Below the pieces are notes generated by a model. It saw only the letters and a program-made list of their open reading frames with translations, did not search any database and was not told the origin of the DNA. A stretch of DNA of 64,000 nucleotides, from assembly GCA_023653095.1 (NCBI GenBank), contig JAMNXP010000002.1, forward strand, positions 80,910-144,909, written 5' to 3'. The translations under genes were made by a program, and so were the position numbers. The stretch comes from Bacteroidia bacterium. Lineage in GTDB: Bacteria; Bacteroidota; Bacteroidia; NS11-12g; UBA955. Below are positions 1-8,476 of this stretch, one piece after another (within the stretch, counting starts at the first letter, position 1; each line of letters opens with the position of its first letter).

Positions 1-109
1 TACCTTCAATGTGTTCATGGAAGTTCATTTTTCCGGTAGTGGTGGTTGCGTCAAAATTGGGGGCTATGTCACCAATTCTTGGCATGGGGTAGATTGTAGT
101 GTTTTCCAT
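1..109 (-). CDS. Peroxiredoxin (1-Cys/Prx6-like), N-terminal fragment; gene continues beyond the window start
   Basis: Minus-strand translation from ATG at 107-109 gives MENTTIYPMPRIGDIAPNFDATTTTGKMNFHEHIEG..., which matches the conserved N-terminus of 1-Cys peroxiredoxins (PRIGDxAPxFxAxTTxGxIxFHE). The true start may instead be the second Met, ending at 85. Confidence 0.55.
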   Translation of the reverse strand, partial: MENTTIYPMPRIGDIAPNFDATTTTGKMNFHEHIEG

Positions 110-202
110 GATTCAAAGTTAAAACGATGAATTTTTGGAAAAGGTGACATTGGTCACTTTAATCAGCGGTCAGCGGACAGCGATCAGCCGAAAGCTGATT
201 AT

Positions 203-1291
203 CTAATTCGCCGCCATTCTGTTCAAATGGCCGAAGTGCGATTTTAGAGCATCGTAAAAAGTGCGGTGAGATTTGTATGGGAGATTGAATTCTTGGGCAG
301 TCTGTTTTACAATTTTAGAGATTTTTTTATAGTGCACATGACAAACCGTAGGAAACAAATGATGTTCTATTTGATAATTGAGTCCCCCGAAAAACCAAGT
401 TAAAAAAGCGCTATTCTCAGCGAAATTGGCCGTGGTTTTCATTTGATGAACGGCCCAGTTGTTTTCCATACTTCCATTATTGTCATCTGATGAAAAGAAT
501 TCCATGTCATCGCCAACATGAGCAGGCTGAGTGGCATAAGCCAAAATGATTCCGCTAATAAAATGGTGTATAAAATATCCGGCTATGGTATATCCAACAG
601 AAAAAGGAGAGAAATAGATGGGCAAAAAAAGAGTTACAGGCCAATAAAGAGTTTTTAATACAATAATTTCAGTGAGGGCTCGGCGATCGGTTCGGCCGTA
701 TTTGGAATAGAGATTTTGACCTTTATACCGATTGTATTGCTCAAAATCTTTGCTCAGAATCCAAATAAACGGATAAATCATATATAAAACTGTAGAATAG
801 AAAGCCTGAAATTTATGAAGGAAAAAATAGGGGTGCTTGGGTGAAAATCTGATAATGGTTTTTCTGATATCTTCATCGTGTCCTACTATATTGGTATAGG
901 TGTGGTGGAATACATTGTGCTGAATTTTCCAATTTACGTGGTAAGCACCAACTAAATTAAGGAGGCCTCCCATGAATTCATTGACTTTGGGATTTCTTGA
1001 GTATGCTCCGTGGTTTGCATCATGCATGATGGTTAATCCAATCCCTACCATCCCTAAACCCATTAATGCCCATAAAATAAATTGTTCCGTTAGAGTGTGG
1101 ATTGGCCCAATAATTAGCCAAGTTAAAGGAATTAAATACAGTAAAACAATGACGACTGTTTTTGAGTACATTGCTCCATTGGCAAATTTGCTTATTTGAT
1201 TTTCAGTAAAGTATTCATTAACTCTGCGGGTAAGCGTGGTAAAGAATTCTGGGTTATCTGTTTTATTGAACGATATCTTTGAATAATCCAT
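203..1291 (-). CDS. Membrane fatty-acid desaturase family protein
   Basis: The three histidine boxes typical of integral-membrane desaturases are present (HDANH, HNVFHH, QIEHH), along with several hydrophobic segments. ORF of 362 aa. Confidence 0.8.
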   Translation of the reverse strand: MDYSKISFNKTDNPEFFTTLTRRVNEYFTENQISKFANGAMYSKTVVIVLLYLIPLTWLIIGPIHTLTEQFILWALMGLGMVGIGLTIMHDANHGAYSRNPKVNEFMGGLLNLVGAYHVNWKIQHNVFHHTYTNIVGHDEDIRKTIIRFSPKHPYFFLHKFQAFYSTVLYMIYPFIWILSKDFEQYNRYKGQNLYSKYGRTDRRALTEIIVLKTLYWPVTLFLPIYFSPFSVGYTIAGYFIHHFISGIILAYATQPAHVGDDMEFFSSDDNNGSMENNWAVHQMKTTANFAENSAFLTWFFGGLNYQIEHHLFPTVCHVHYKKISKIVKQTAQEFNLPYKSHRTFYDALKSHFGHLNRMAAN

Positions 1292-1356
1292 GTTATAATT
1301 TGTTCAATTTTACATGAAATATTTCATCAAAAAATTCGTTAAGTCCTAGAATGTCT

Positions 1357-1364
1357 TAGTTTTG
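1357..1364 (+). promoter_or_regulatory. Candidate Bacteroidota -7 box (TAgtTTTG) upstream of small ORF 1384..1515
   Basis: Exact match to the TAnnTTTG consensus 19 nt upstream of an ATG. No well-spaced -33 TTG was seen. Confidence 0.25.
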
Positions 1365-1383
1365 CATTGAATTTATAACGGAA

Positions 1384-1515
1384 ATGAAAAAGTTGTTAAG
1401 TATTATTTTGGTAGTCGTTGGTGTGTTTATGTTTGTAGGCGCTTGTAAATCAACACACAGAGCAGACTTTAATCCTGTAAAACGAAAGTCAATCAAAGCT
1501 TGTCCTTCTTTTTGA
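1384..1515 (+). CDS. Small putative lipoprotein (43 aa), absent from the ORF track because it is shorter than 60 aa
   Basis: Translation is MKKLLSIILVVVGVFMFVGACKSTHRADFNPVKRKSIKACPSF*. It has a signal peptide with a lipobox-like VGAC, sits in a 280-nt gap between convergent genes, and is preceded by a -7 box. Confidence 0.3.
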   Translation: MKKLLSIILVVVGVFMFVGACKSTHRADFNPVKRKSIKACPSF

Positions 1516-1570
1516 GGACTAAAATATTGTGTAGTAGATTGTGTAGTTTTTGGGGTTGTTTTAGGGTTGA

Positions 1571-2458
1571 TTAAAACCTCAAAAACGTTCCTAACGGAAG
1601 TTTCTTCTTGAATTTATCAGTTAAATAAAGTTCTCCGAGTTCAATTTTGGAACTTTTTAGTTGGGATTTGAAATGTTGGTAGACCAAATTTTCGGTGATT
1701 AACGCTGAAAATCCTAGAGAATATAAGTTTATAACGAAGAATCCTTGTGGGGCTAGAATTTCTGAGCACATATGGAGCAGTTCGTTGATTTGCTTTTCAA
1801 GCACCCATTTTTCTCCTTGAGGTCCACGTCCGTAGGCGGGAGGATCTAAAATAATGCCGTCGTATTTTTTGCCTCGTTTCACTTCTCGTTGAACAAATTT
1901 AAAAGCATCTTCAATGACCCAACGAATGCCGTCTAGGTTAGAGGATTCCATATTTTCTCGACTCCAAGTGACTACTTGCTTTACGCTGTCTACATGGGTA
2001 ATATCAGCGCCGGCTTGACATGCGGCGAGCGATGCACCGCCGGTGTAAGCAAAAAGATTCAGTACTTTAGGTTGATGTTTGAAGCTTTTGCATTTAGTTG
2101 CAATAAAGTCCCAATTGCTGGCCTGTTCTGGAAAAATTCCCACGTGTTTGAATGAGGTCAGGGCCAGTCGCATGTTGAAGTTGAGTTGTCCCTTATTATA
2201 GTTGACCATCCAACGATCGGGCATACCTTTTTTGATGGTCCAGTTTCCGGCGTCGGCATCTATTTTTTCTCCGGCCTTTCTGAAGAATTCGGCGTGAGAA
2301 AGGCTCCTCCATTGTTCTTCGGGAAGGCTTTTACTCCAAACGGCTTGAGGTTCAGGTCTTCTGAGCACCCACTTGCCGAAGCGTTCTAATTTTTCGAAAT
2401 TTCCGCTGTCAATGAGTTCGTATTCGGGTAGCGTATCTGGAGTAACGGTTAAAAGCAC
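1571..2458 (-). CDS. Class I SAM-dependent methyltransferase (RlmI/YccW-like catalytic domain)
   Basis: Motifs FAYTGGASL (SAM-binding Gly-rich) and ILDPPAY (the DPPxY/F motif of RNA m5C/N-MTase families). 295 aa, with no PUA domain. Confidence 0.7.
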   Translation of the reverse strand: MLLTVTPDTLPEYELIDSGNFEKLERFGKWVLRRPEPQAVWSKSLPEEQWRSLSHAEFFRKAGEKIDADAGNWTIKKGMPDRWMVNYNKGQLNFNMRLALTSFKHVGIFPEQASNWDFIATKCKSFKHQPKVLNLFAYTGGASLAACQAGADITHVDSVKQVVTWSRENMESSNLDGIRWVIEDAFKFVQREVKRGKKYDGIILDPPAYGRGPQGEKWVLEKQINELLHMCSEILAPQGFFVINLYSLGFSALITENLVYQHFKSQLKSSKIELGELYLTDKFKKKLPLGTFLRF

Positions 2459-2511
2459 ATGGCAAAGATAAATTTTATATGTAAGTAAACCTTTGTAGGT
2501 TTGCTGCGTCT

Positions 2512-4056
2512 ATGAATTATATGAAAGTAAAAATATTTTTTTTGCCCTTTATAGTATTTTCAGCAGCAAAGATAGGCGCTCAATCTGCACCCAATTGGAG
2601 CGAACATGTAGCTCCCATCATTTATAAAAGTTGTACTCCTTGTCATTCTAGTGGCGGTATTGCTCCATTTGCCTTGAGCAATTATCAAGAGGTAAAGTAT
2701 TTGGGAGATGCGGTGGTTTCAGCAACACAGGCTAAGCGAATGCCTCCCTATCCCGCGAGCCTAGAAAAGAATAGATACGCTCATGAAAATGTTCTGTCTG
2801 CTTATGAAATTGACGTAATCAAGCGGTGGAACGAGAATAAACATCCCCAGGGAGACACCACAAAAGAACCAAAAAAACCCGTATTGAATTCAAGCAGTGA
2901 CCTGCTTCGCGTGGATGTAAGCTATAAAATGACACCCTACTTGGTGAAGACCAACAGCGATGTTTACAGATGTTTCGCGATTCCTAGCAATTTATTTTCC
3001 GATAAAATGATCAAAGGGATGGAAGTGATTCCTGGCAACAGAAAAGTAGTGCATCATGTTTTGGTTTTTCAAGATACCTCACAAAAGCCCTTACAATTAG
3101 ACAATGCAGATCCAGAACCCGGCTATAAGGCCTTCGGAAGCACGGGCAGTGCGAGTTCTACTTTGTTAGGGATGTACGTTCCAGGTCAGTCACCGTTTTT
3201 GTATCCATCAAATTTTGCTGCACGAATTAAAAAGAACAGTGTAATTGTACTCCAAATACACTATCCCCCGGGTATCAACGAAATTTGGGATTCAACCAAG
3301 CTCAATTTGATGCTCGAAGATCCCTCAAATCAAAGAGAAGTTTTTGTGCAATCACCATTGAATTATCAAAGTCCTTCTCTCGTAAACGGTCCATTATACA
3401 TCGAAGCCAACGCCATAAAAACATTTTACAATCGATTTGTTATGCCTGCGAAAATCAGCTTTTTGGCCGTAGCACCTCATATGCATTTACTGGGTGATAC
3501 CATAAAATCAGCACTCATAAATGGAAAAGATACAACCCCTATAGTCGATATTCCAAAATGGGATTTCCATTGGCAAATGGCCTATCAATTTCGGAAGCCT
3601 ATTGTCGCTGATAAAGGGTCAGTTCTCTGGGGGAAGGCAACCTATGACAATACCTATGCTAATCCAAACAACCCGAATGTTCCTCCGCGAGATGTTTCGG
3701 CTGGCGAAGGCACTGCAGATGAAATGTTCTTGATTTATTTCTGGTACACCCTCTATAAGTCGGGTGATGAGAATTTGGAATTGGATACCACGCCGCTGAA
3801 GATGTTGGATGTGTCTCATGTAAATCAAAGTAATATTCTTGCTTACCCGAATCCGGCGAACAGCCAAATCAACGTAATCAATGCACTTCATGGATCAAAG
3901 ATTCGCGTCTATAATTCTTTAGGAAAACTGATCTTTGAAACCTCGGTGAATGGCGCCACAACATCTATCAATGTCCATAATTGGCCCGATGGAATGTATA
4001 TCATCCAAAATTCAAGCTTGAACGGAGATTCGATTATTCGATTTTTGAAGAATTAG
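2512..4056 (+). CDS. Secreted copper type II ascorbate-dependent monooxygenase-like protein with N-terminal CxxCH motif and T9SS type-A C-terminal sorting domain
   Basis: Signal peptide, then CTPCH (CxxCH). An HH...H triad (VVHHVLVF, IHYPP) and an HxH...M triad (APHMHLLG, TADEMF) sit at PHM/DBH-like spacings. The C-terminus (ILAYPNPANSQINVIN...IIRFLKN) is typical of a T9SS CTD. Confidence 0.6.
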   Translation: MNYMKVKIFFLPFIVFSAAKIGAQSAPNWSEHVAPIIYKSCTPCHSSGGIAPFALSNYQEVKYLGDAVVSATQAKRMPPYPASLEKNRYAHENVLSAYEIDVIKRWNENKHPQGDTTKEPKKPVLNSSSDLLRVDVSYKMTPYLVKTNSDVYRCFAIPSNLFSDKMIKGMEVIPGNRKVVHHVLVFQDTSQKPLQLDNADPEPGYKAFGSTGSASSTLLGMYVPGQSPFLYPSNFAARIKKNSVIVLQIHYPPGINEIWDSTKLNLMLEDPSNQREVFVQSPLNYQSPSLVNGPLYIEANAIKTFYNRFVMPAKISFLAVAPHMHLLGDTIKSALINGKDTTPIVDIPKWDFHWQMAYQFRKPIVADKGSVLWGKATYDNTYANPNNPNVPPRDVSAGEGTADEMFLIYFWYTLYKSGDENLELDTTPLKMLDVSHVNQSNILAYPNPANSQINVINALHGSKIRVYNSLGKLIFETSVNGATTSINVHNWPDGMYIIQNSSLNGDSIIRFLKN

Positions 4057-4139
4057 TTTTAAGGATTTTCCGTAATTCTTTTTTTGAGATTTGCGAAAAA
4101 TGCAAAATTTGTTTGACTAAGACTTGTTAGTTTCGTTCT

Positions 4140-5501
4140 ATGCAAAAAAGTGCTTTGGTATTACGGATTTTCACTTTGGTTTTTTCTTTTATTTCTGGGG
4201 GACATTTATTCGGGCAAGGAATTATGGGAGAGGGTAGCTCTTCGTCAGCGCTCAATATTCCCAATCGGCCTTTACCTCCATTAGATAAAACAGACTTAGG
4301 TGAAATTTCCTATTTCGATATCACTCAAGAATTGCTGGACTCTCTGCGAAGCAGATACAGACTTCAAAAAACACCTTATTATAAGGTGAAAATGTCAATT
4401 GGGAATTTTTCAGAATCAGGGGTATTAAGACAGCAGGTTTATTTAAGATTTGGTTCAGTTAAAGCAAATGACGAGGTCTTTCGTATGAAACGGAATTTAG
4501 TCAAAGGTAAGCTCATTGCAGTAGATTCACACGGAGTCTACCTCTATCAGAAGTCAGCAAAAAAAATGGGATTTGTACCATATACTGATATTTGGTATAT
4601 CCGAAGAGGAAATACAAGTTCAGATAAAATAGTTCGAGATGCAAGCGCAATCATTGGTACTACAACTCTTATTGGAATGGGAGCTGGAATTGCAGAAGGG
4701 GAAATAGATTACGTACCACTCGGGGTTATTATTGGTGGGCTATTTGGTGCTTTCCTTTCCCCTATTGTCATAGTACCAGATTTGATTTATCACGAACTTC
4801 AAAACACTTCAAAGCGCATAAAATTCCGTATTAATTACCGCAGTGATAAGATGACCGATTACATTGCGATGGTAGAAAAAGACCGTTATCGCTATGGTAA
4901 GCGCATCATGTACCATGAGTTTCCAGGTTCTAGCAATCCCAGAATTAATCAGGATGAACCAGTGATCAGCGATCAGCCGTCAGCGGTAAGCCAGGATGCG
5001 GCTATCAGCGATCAGCCGTCAGCTAACAGCCAAGAGCCAATGGCCAAAGACCAAGATCCAATAGCCAAAGACCAAGATCCAATAGCCAAAGACCAAGATC
5101 CAATAGCCAAAGACCAACAAACAATAGTCTTACCATCTTTTAAATCAGGTAAGTACATTTCGGCTGCTTGGATGGTTCAAGGGTTTGAGTCAAAGTTTGT
5201 TAATGTGCAACGCATGTTGAAGACGTTTCCAGATTTGAGAAACAGTCAATTAACAGATTCAGATAAAGCACTTTTTAAGAATTCCGATGAAGTAAAATAT
5301 GCAGCAATGCTTATTTGCACTCCTTTGGGATTTGATTTTAGTAAAGCGGTAGAACTCGATGAGAGTCAAGCGAATGATTTATCTCAGTTACTGCCTTATT
5401 TTAATGTGCAGATAGTAAACGGACAAACTGTTATCAAGTCAAGCGCATTGACGAGAATTGACGAAGTGAACCTAGAGTTTCTCTACAAATTAATGCAATA
5501 A
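4140..5501 (+). CDS. Exported hypothetical protein with internal low-complexity tandem repeat (SDQPSA.., PIAKDQD x3)
   Basis: Signal peptide MQKSALVLRIFTLVFSFISGGHLFGQ. Contains a 7-bp and 21-bp periodic repeat tract. No recognisable catalytic motif. Confidence 0.6.
   Translation: MQKSALVLRIFTLVFSFISGGHLFGQGIMGEGSSSSALNIPNRPLPPLDKTDLGEISYFDITQELLDSLRSRYRLQKTPYYKVKMSIGNFSESGVLRQQVYLRFGSVKANDEVFRMKRNLVKGKLIAVDSHGVYLYQKSAKKMGFVPYTDIWYIRRGNTSSDKIVRDASAIIGTTTLIGMGAGIAEGEIDYVPLGVIIGGLFGAFLSPIVIVPDLIYHELQNTSKRIKFRINYRSDKMTDYIAMVEKDRYRYGKRIMYHEFPGSSNPRINQDEPVISDQPSAVSQDAAISDQPSANSQEPMAKDQDPIAKDQDPIAKDQDPIAKDQQTIVLPSFKSGKYISAAWMVQGFESKFVNVQRMLKTFPDLRNSQLTDSDKALFKNSDEVKYAAMLICTPLGFDFSKAVELDESQANDLSQLLPYFNVQIVNGQTVIKSSALTRIDEVNLEFLYKLMQ
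4965..5122 (+). repeat. Heptanucleotide-period tandem repeat array (4 units, 11-nt spacer, 17 units; includes 3 exact 21-bp units aatagccaaagaccaagatcc)
   Basis: Read directly: atcagcg atcagcc gtcagcg gtaagcc ... atcagcg atcagcc gtcagct aacagcc aagagcc aatggcc aaagacc aagatcc aatagcc (x3 of the 21-mer) aaagacc aacaaac. Confidence 0.85.
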
Positions 5502-5510
5502 AATCTCACC

Positions 5511-7817
5511 TCAACGAGTGAATACATGAGTCTGAGCAGCTCCTAAATGATGTGGTTGATCATACAAACTGAATTCAATGGGCGATTCACCAAGATTGCT
5601 GATGCAAATTTGTTTTTCAGAAACCTCAATGTTCACAGGTTGATTGTGGTATAGGATTTTGAAAGCGTATTTCTTCCATTCCTTGGGTAGGTTAGGAGAA
5701 AGTTGAAGGTGTTGATTCTTGATTCTCAATCCCCCGAAACCCTGAACAATGCTCAAATAACTACCTGCCATAGAGGTGATGTGTAGACCGTCTTCGGTGT
5801 CGTTGTTGTAGTTGTCAAGATCTAAACGAGCGGTGCGTAGGTACATCTCATACGCTTTGTCAAACTCGCCAATTTTTGCTGCCAGAATGCTATGAACACA
5901 GGGACTTAACGAACTTTCATGAACGGTGAAGGGTTCGTAGAAGAGGAAGTTTCGTTTGTGAGCTTCTATGTCAAAGTCGTCTTCGAAGAAATATAGTCCT
6001 TGAAGAACGTCTGCTTGTTTGATGTAGACGCTTCTGAGAATGCGATCCCAGCTCCATTTTTGGTTTAGGGGTCTATCAACAGCGGGAAGGTCATTTACGG
6101 GAATGAGTTCTTTGTCTAAGAAGCCGTCGTGTTGAACGTAAACTTGTTCTTGCTCATCGAAGGGAAGGTACATATATTGCATGATGTGTTCCCATTTTTG
6201 AAGTTCGGATGCTGCATCAAAGGAGGTCTTTCGTCCAATTTCTGCGAATATTTGAGGGAATTTGGATTGCAAGAATTCAGTAGCTTCTTTGGTGTATTTT
6301 AGGCACCACATGGCTATGTAACTCGTATACCAGTTGTTGTTTACGTTGTTTTCGTATTCGTTGGGACCGGTAACACCGTGCATTTCGTAACGTTGTTTAC
6401 GGTTGTTCCAATGAACGCGTTGAGCCCAGAAACGACTGATGCCCAAGAGGACTTCAAGTCCGCCTTCGGCAAGATAGGTGCGGTCTCCAGTGTGCTCAAT
6501 GTAGTTGTAAATGGCGTATGCAATGGCACCATTTCGGTGAATTTCTTCGAAGGTAATTTCCCATTCGTTGTGACACTCTTCACCGTTCATGGTAACCATG
6601 GGGTACAAAGCGGCCCCTTTGTTAAAGCCGAGTTTAGCGGCATTTTCAATGGCCTTATCTAGTTGTTTATATCGGTAAACCAGAAGTTGTTTTGATATGC
6701 TAGAATGGCTTGAAACGAGGTAGAAGGGCAGGCAGTATGCTTCTGTGTCCCAATAGGTGCTTCCGCCGTATTTTTCTCCGGTGAAGCCTTTTGGGCCAAT
6801 GTTCAATCTTGGGTCATCGCCGCAGTACGTTTGGTTCAGGTGATAGATGTTGAATCGAACTGCTTGTTGTGCAGCATCATCACCTTCCACGACTACATCG
6901 TGGTTGTTCCACTTTTCGTTCCACGCTTTTGAGCTCATTTCGAGGTGAGATTCAAATGTGGAGGAAGCCATTTTCTTCACGGCATTTTTTGCATGAATTA
7001 AGACTGCATCGTTCGGATGGTTGAAGTTGCTGGCTGAGATGACGTGTTTTACGAACACGAATTCATGTCCCCCGGAAAGAGAAAAAGAATAAGTGCTTTC
7101 AGCATATTTCGATTTTACCGAGTGCTGTGGTTCAGGCGAAAAAGCTTCGCCGTCAAGGAAAAACTGAGCCACACAAGAAGTTGCCAAAAGCCAATCGAGC
7201 TTTTTTGTGCGCACCAATAAGTGGAGCTCGTTGGAGGTGCTTTCTTGGCTCTCTTCGAGCCAGAATTGTTCGTCGTAATTGCTGTCTTTGTTGGATATAT
7301 CTCCGTCAAGATAGTTTGTTAAGGAAACCTCGCAATTCTGGTTGGTCTTAACGCGGTAACGGAGCGCGGAATATTCTTTGTTGATGAGGCTGTAAAAACG
7401 GGTTGATTCAATGGTGACCTCGATGCCGTTGTTTAAGGTAATGGTGCTCCGGCGGTTCAATACGCCGTTGAACATATCTAGTTCTCGATAGAACTGATGG
7501 ATGGTTGCATTGTTTAAATCAACTAATTCATGGTTGATTTTCAATACAATACCGCTCCAGTAAGTGCTGTTAATGACCTTAGCGAAGTATTCTGGATATC
7601 CGTTTTTCCACCAACCAACGCGGGTTTTATCTGGGTAGTAAACTCCACCTACATAAGTGCCTTGCAGGGTATGTCCGCTGTATGATTCTTCTAAGTTGGC
7701 TCGCTGTCCCATCATGCCATTTCCAATGGCAAAAACGCTTTCAGCGACTTCGTTGTATTGAGGGTCAAAACCTTCTTCAATGACCTTCCAAGGGTGAACT
7801 TTGAAATAGGATTTCAT
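5511..7817 (-). CDS. Glycoside hydrolase family 65 disaccharide phosphorylase (maltose/trehalose/kojibiose phosphorylase)
   Basis: 768 aa. The N-terminus ...ESVFAIGNGMMGQRANLEE is typical of GH65. It sits immediately downstream of beta-phosphoglucomutase. Confidence 0.9.
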   Translation of the reverse strand: MKSYFKVHPWKVIEEGFDPQYNEVAESVFAIGNGMMGQRANLEESYSGHTLQGTYVGGVYYPDKTRVGWWKNGYPEYFAKVINSTYWSGIVLKINHELVDLNNATIHQFYRELDMFNGVLNRRSTITLNNGIEVTIESTRFYSLINKEYSALRYRVKTNQNCEVSLTNYLDGDISNKDSNYDEQFWLEESQESTSNELHLLVRTKKLDWLLATSCVAQFFLDGEAFSPEPQHSVKSKYAESTYSFSLSGGHEFVFVKHVISASNFNHPNDAVLIHAKNAVKKMASSTFESHLEMSSKAWNEKWNNHDVVVEGDDAAQQAVRFNIYHLNQTYCGDDPRLNIGPKGFTGEKYGGSTYWDTEAYCLPFYLVSSHSSISKQLLVYRYKQLDKAIENAAKLGFNKGAALYPMVTMNGEECHNEWEITFEEIHRNGAIAYAIYNYIEHTGDRTYLAEGGLEVLLGISRFWAQRVHWNNRKQRYEMHGVTGPNEYENNVNNNWYTSYIAMWCLKYTKEATEFLQSKFPQIFAEIGRKTSFDAASELQKWEHIMQYMYLPFDEQEQVYVQHDGFLDKELIPVNDLPAVDRPLNQKWSWDRILRSVYIKQADVLQGLYFFEDDFDIEAHKRNFLFYEPFTVHESSLSPCVHSILAAKIGEFDKAYEMYLRTARLDLDNYNNDTEDGLHITSMAGSYLSIVQGFGGLRIKNQHLQLSPNLPKEWKKYAFKILYHNQPVNIEVSEKQICISNLGESPIEFSLYDQPHHLGAAQTHVFTR

Positions 7818-7834
7818 GGAAATAATGTGTGTGT

Positions 7835-8476
7835 TTAATTCAAATAGGTTTGAAAATCGTAATTGCCGAGATTGGAAACGTATTCATCGGCAAGGGGCAA
7901 ATCTTGGGGAATACCAACCCCAACAGTGTACATGTTGGCTGCTTTTGCAGCTTGAATTCCCGAAAGGCTGTCTTCGAAAACGATGCAATTTTCAGAAGCA
8001 ACGTTCAACAGTTCAGCAGCTTTCAAAAAGGTTTCGGGATGAGGTTTCCCGTTGGTGACGGTTGAGGCGTCTACAATGCCTTTAAAAGCATCTACCAATC
8101 CAACTTTTGAGAGCACTAAACGGGCGTTCTTACTGGCAGAACCAAGAGCAAGGGGAATGTTGTATCTCACAGCGCGTTCAAAAAAGTCTCGCACTCCAGG
8201 GAGTAGATCTTTGGAGTTCATGGATTCAACGAGTTCGAGGTACCAACCGTTTTTACGGTCAAGGTCTCTATTGAATTGCTCTGGATTGAGCACTCGACCG
8301 GCCCAATCCAAAATCAGTTTCAGTGAGTCAGCGCGTGAAACGCCTTTGAGCTGTTCATTATGTTCATGAGTGAGAAGAAGGTCGTATTCAGCGGCTAACC
8401 TTTTCCACGCTTTGTAATGGAATTCAGCGGTATCGCAAATTACGCCGTCTAGGTCAAGGATGATCCCTTGTTTCAT
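7835..8476 (-). CDS. pgmB: Beta-phosphoglucomutase
   Basis: HAD motif I ILDLDGVICDTAEFHYKAWKRLA closely resembles the Lactococcus beta-PGM N-terminus. 213 aa, adjacent to the GH65 phosphorylase. Confidence 0.85.
   Translation of the reverse strand: MKQGIILDLDGVICDTAEFHYKAWKRLAAEYDLLLTHEHNEQLKGVSRADSLKLILDWAGRVLNPEQFNRDLDRKNGWYLELVESMNSKDLLPGVRDFFERAVRYNIPLALGSASKNARLVLSKVGLVDAFKGIVDASTVTNGKPHPETFLKAAELLNVASENCIVFEDSLSGIQAAKAANMYTVGVGIPQDLPLADEYVSNLGNYDFQTYLN

Noticed and set aside
972-1199. Short ORFs antisense to or nested inside larger genes (e.g. 972..1199, 2186..2389, 3285..3497, 3619..3891, 6341..6662, 7115..7351, 12144..12573, 13514..17322 minus-strand ORFs inside the giant gene, 40855..41304, 52202..52675, 55442..55981)
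   Set aside because: Each lies fully within a longer, well-supported CDS on the other strand or frame, has no signal or motif, and is low-complexity, so they are probably chance ORFs.
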